From the NCBI GenBank assembly GCA_964016885.1, contig OZ024740.1, positions 244,776,001-244,840,000 on the forward strand: a stretch of 64,000 bases of DNA. The letters are read 5' to 3'. Positions 63,421 to 64,000 of this stretch are shown here, piece after piece. The notes under the pieces were generated by a model, which was given only the letters and a program-made list of their open reading frames with translations, did not search any database and was not told where the DNA came from. Made by a program: the position numbers and the translations under genes. This stretch comes from Eledone cirrhosa (lineage: Eukaryota). Positions within the stretch are counted from its first letter, which is position 1. Each line of letters opens with the position of its first letter.

Positions 63421-64000
63421 CTCTAGCATCACTACTTTTCAGTTACACTCGTACCACAGCCTGATTTGTACACGATATTGTTATATATAATGATATTGCA
63501 CAACTTCGCTCAACTTGACTTCATTCAAACGACTGGACACGACTTTTGATATCTACATTTTTAGGTAAAAAGTGAAAATCTGTTATTTTTTTGTTATTTT
63601 CTATTGCAATACCTTTTCATGGGTGACCTATACATGAATATATTACAATATTTCAACCCCTATGTAAATACAATGGTAAAAGGTAAAAATGTAATTATTT
63701 TGAAAAATGCAATAAAAGTACAAGTGTATAAAAAAAATAAACCCTATGTTATAATACTATTAGGAATATTTAAATCTATATACATTTCAATAATTGTAAA
63801 CAATATTTAGAAATTTCAATCAAATGATAAAAATTCCTATAATTTTCATTGATGTTCTAAATTAGCTACCTCTCTCACACATATATATATATATATGTGT
63901 GTGTGTGTCTGTGTGTGTGTCTGTGTGTGTGTCTGTATGTGTGTGTGTACATATATATATATATGCGTACACACACACAATATATATATATATATATATA

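Overview
This is an AT-rich, microsatellite-dense animal genomic window. The SINE families and repeat landscape suggest a cephalopod (octopod), which is an inference. I cannot support any host protein-coding gene, and nearly all interpretable sequence is transposon-derived. Contents: (i) five large Tx1/L1-clade LINE copies plus fragments, four of them a head-to-tail minus-strand array (25.5-42 kb) punctuated by (GATA)n; (ii) four R4/Dong-type REL-endonuclease LINE remnants; (iii) Penelope-like element (PLE) remnants and at least five well-formed minimal type I hammerhead ribozymes, including a ~414-nt retrozyme-like tandem/inverted unit at 24.0-25.0 kb; (iv) a young non-coding 2.07-kb LTR element with an unusually long tRNA-Trp-like primer-binding site, nested in a Tx1 ORF1; (v) 11 young copies of a Nin/Deu-domain tRNA SINE; (vi) hAT, mariner and pogo-like DNA transposon remnants and a 26-bp minisatellite. 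The most interesting signal is in the Tx1-like family. Its ORF2 is bracketed by a consensus 5' splice donor at the end of ORF1 (4/4 copies) and a TAG|G acceptor-like site at the ORF2 stop (3/3 copies), and the family appears to target (TATC)n/(TA)n microsatellites. All coordinates were read by eye, and the boundaries of decayed elements are approximate.
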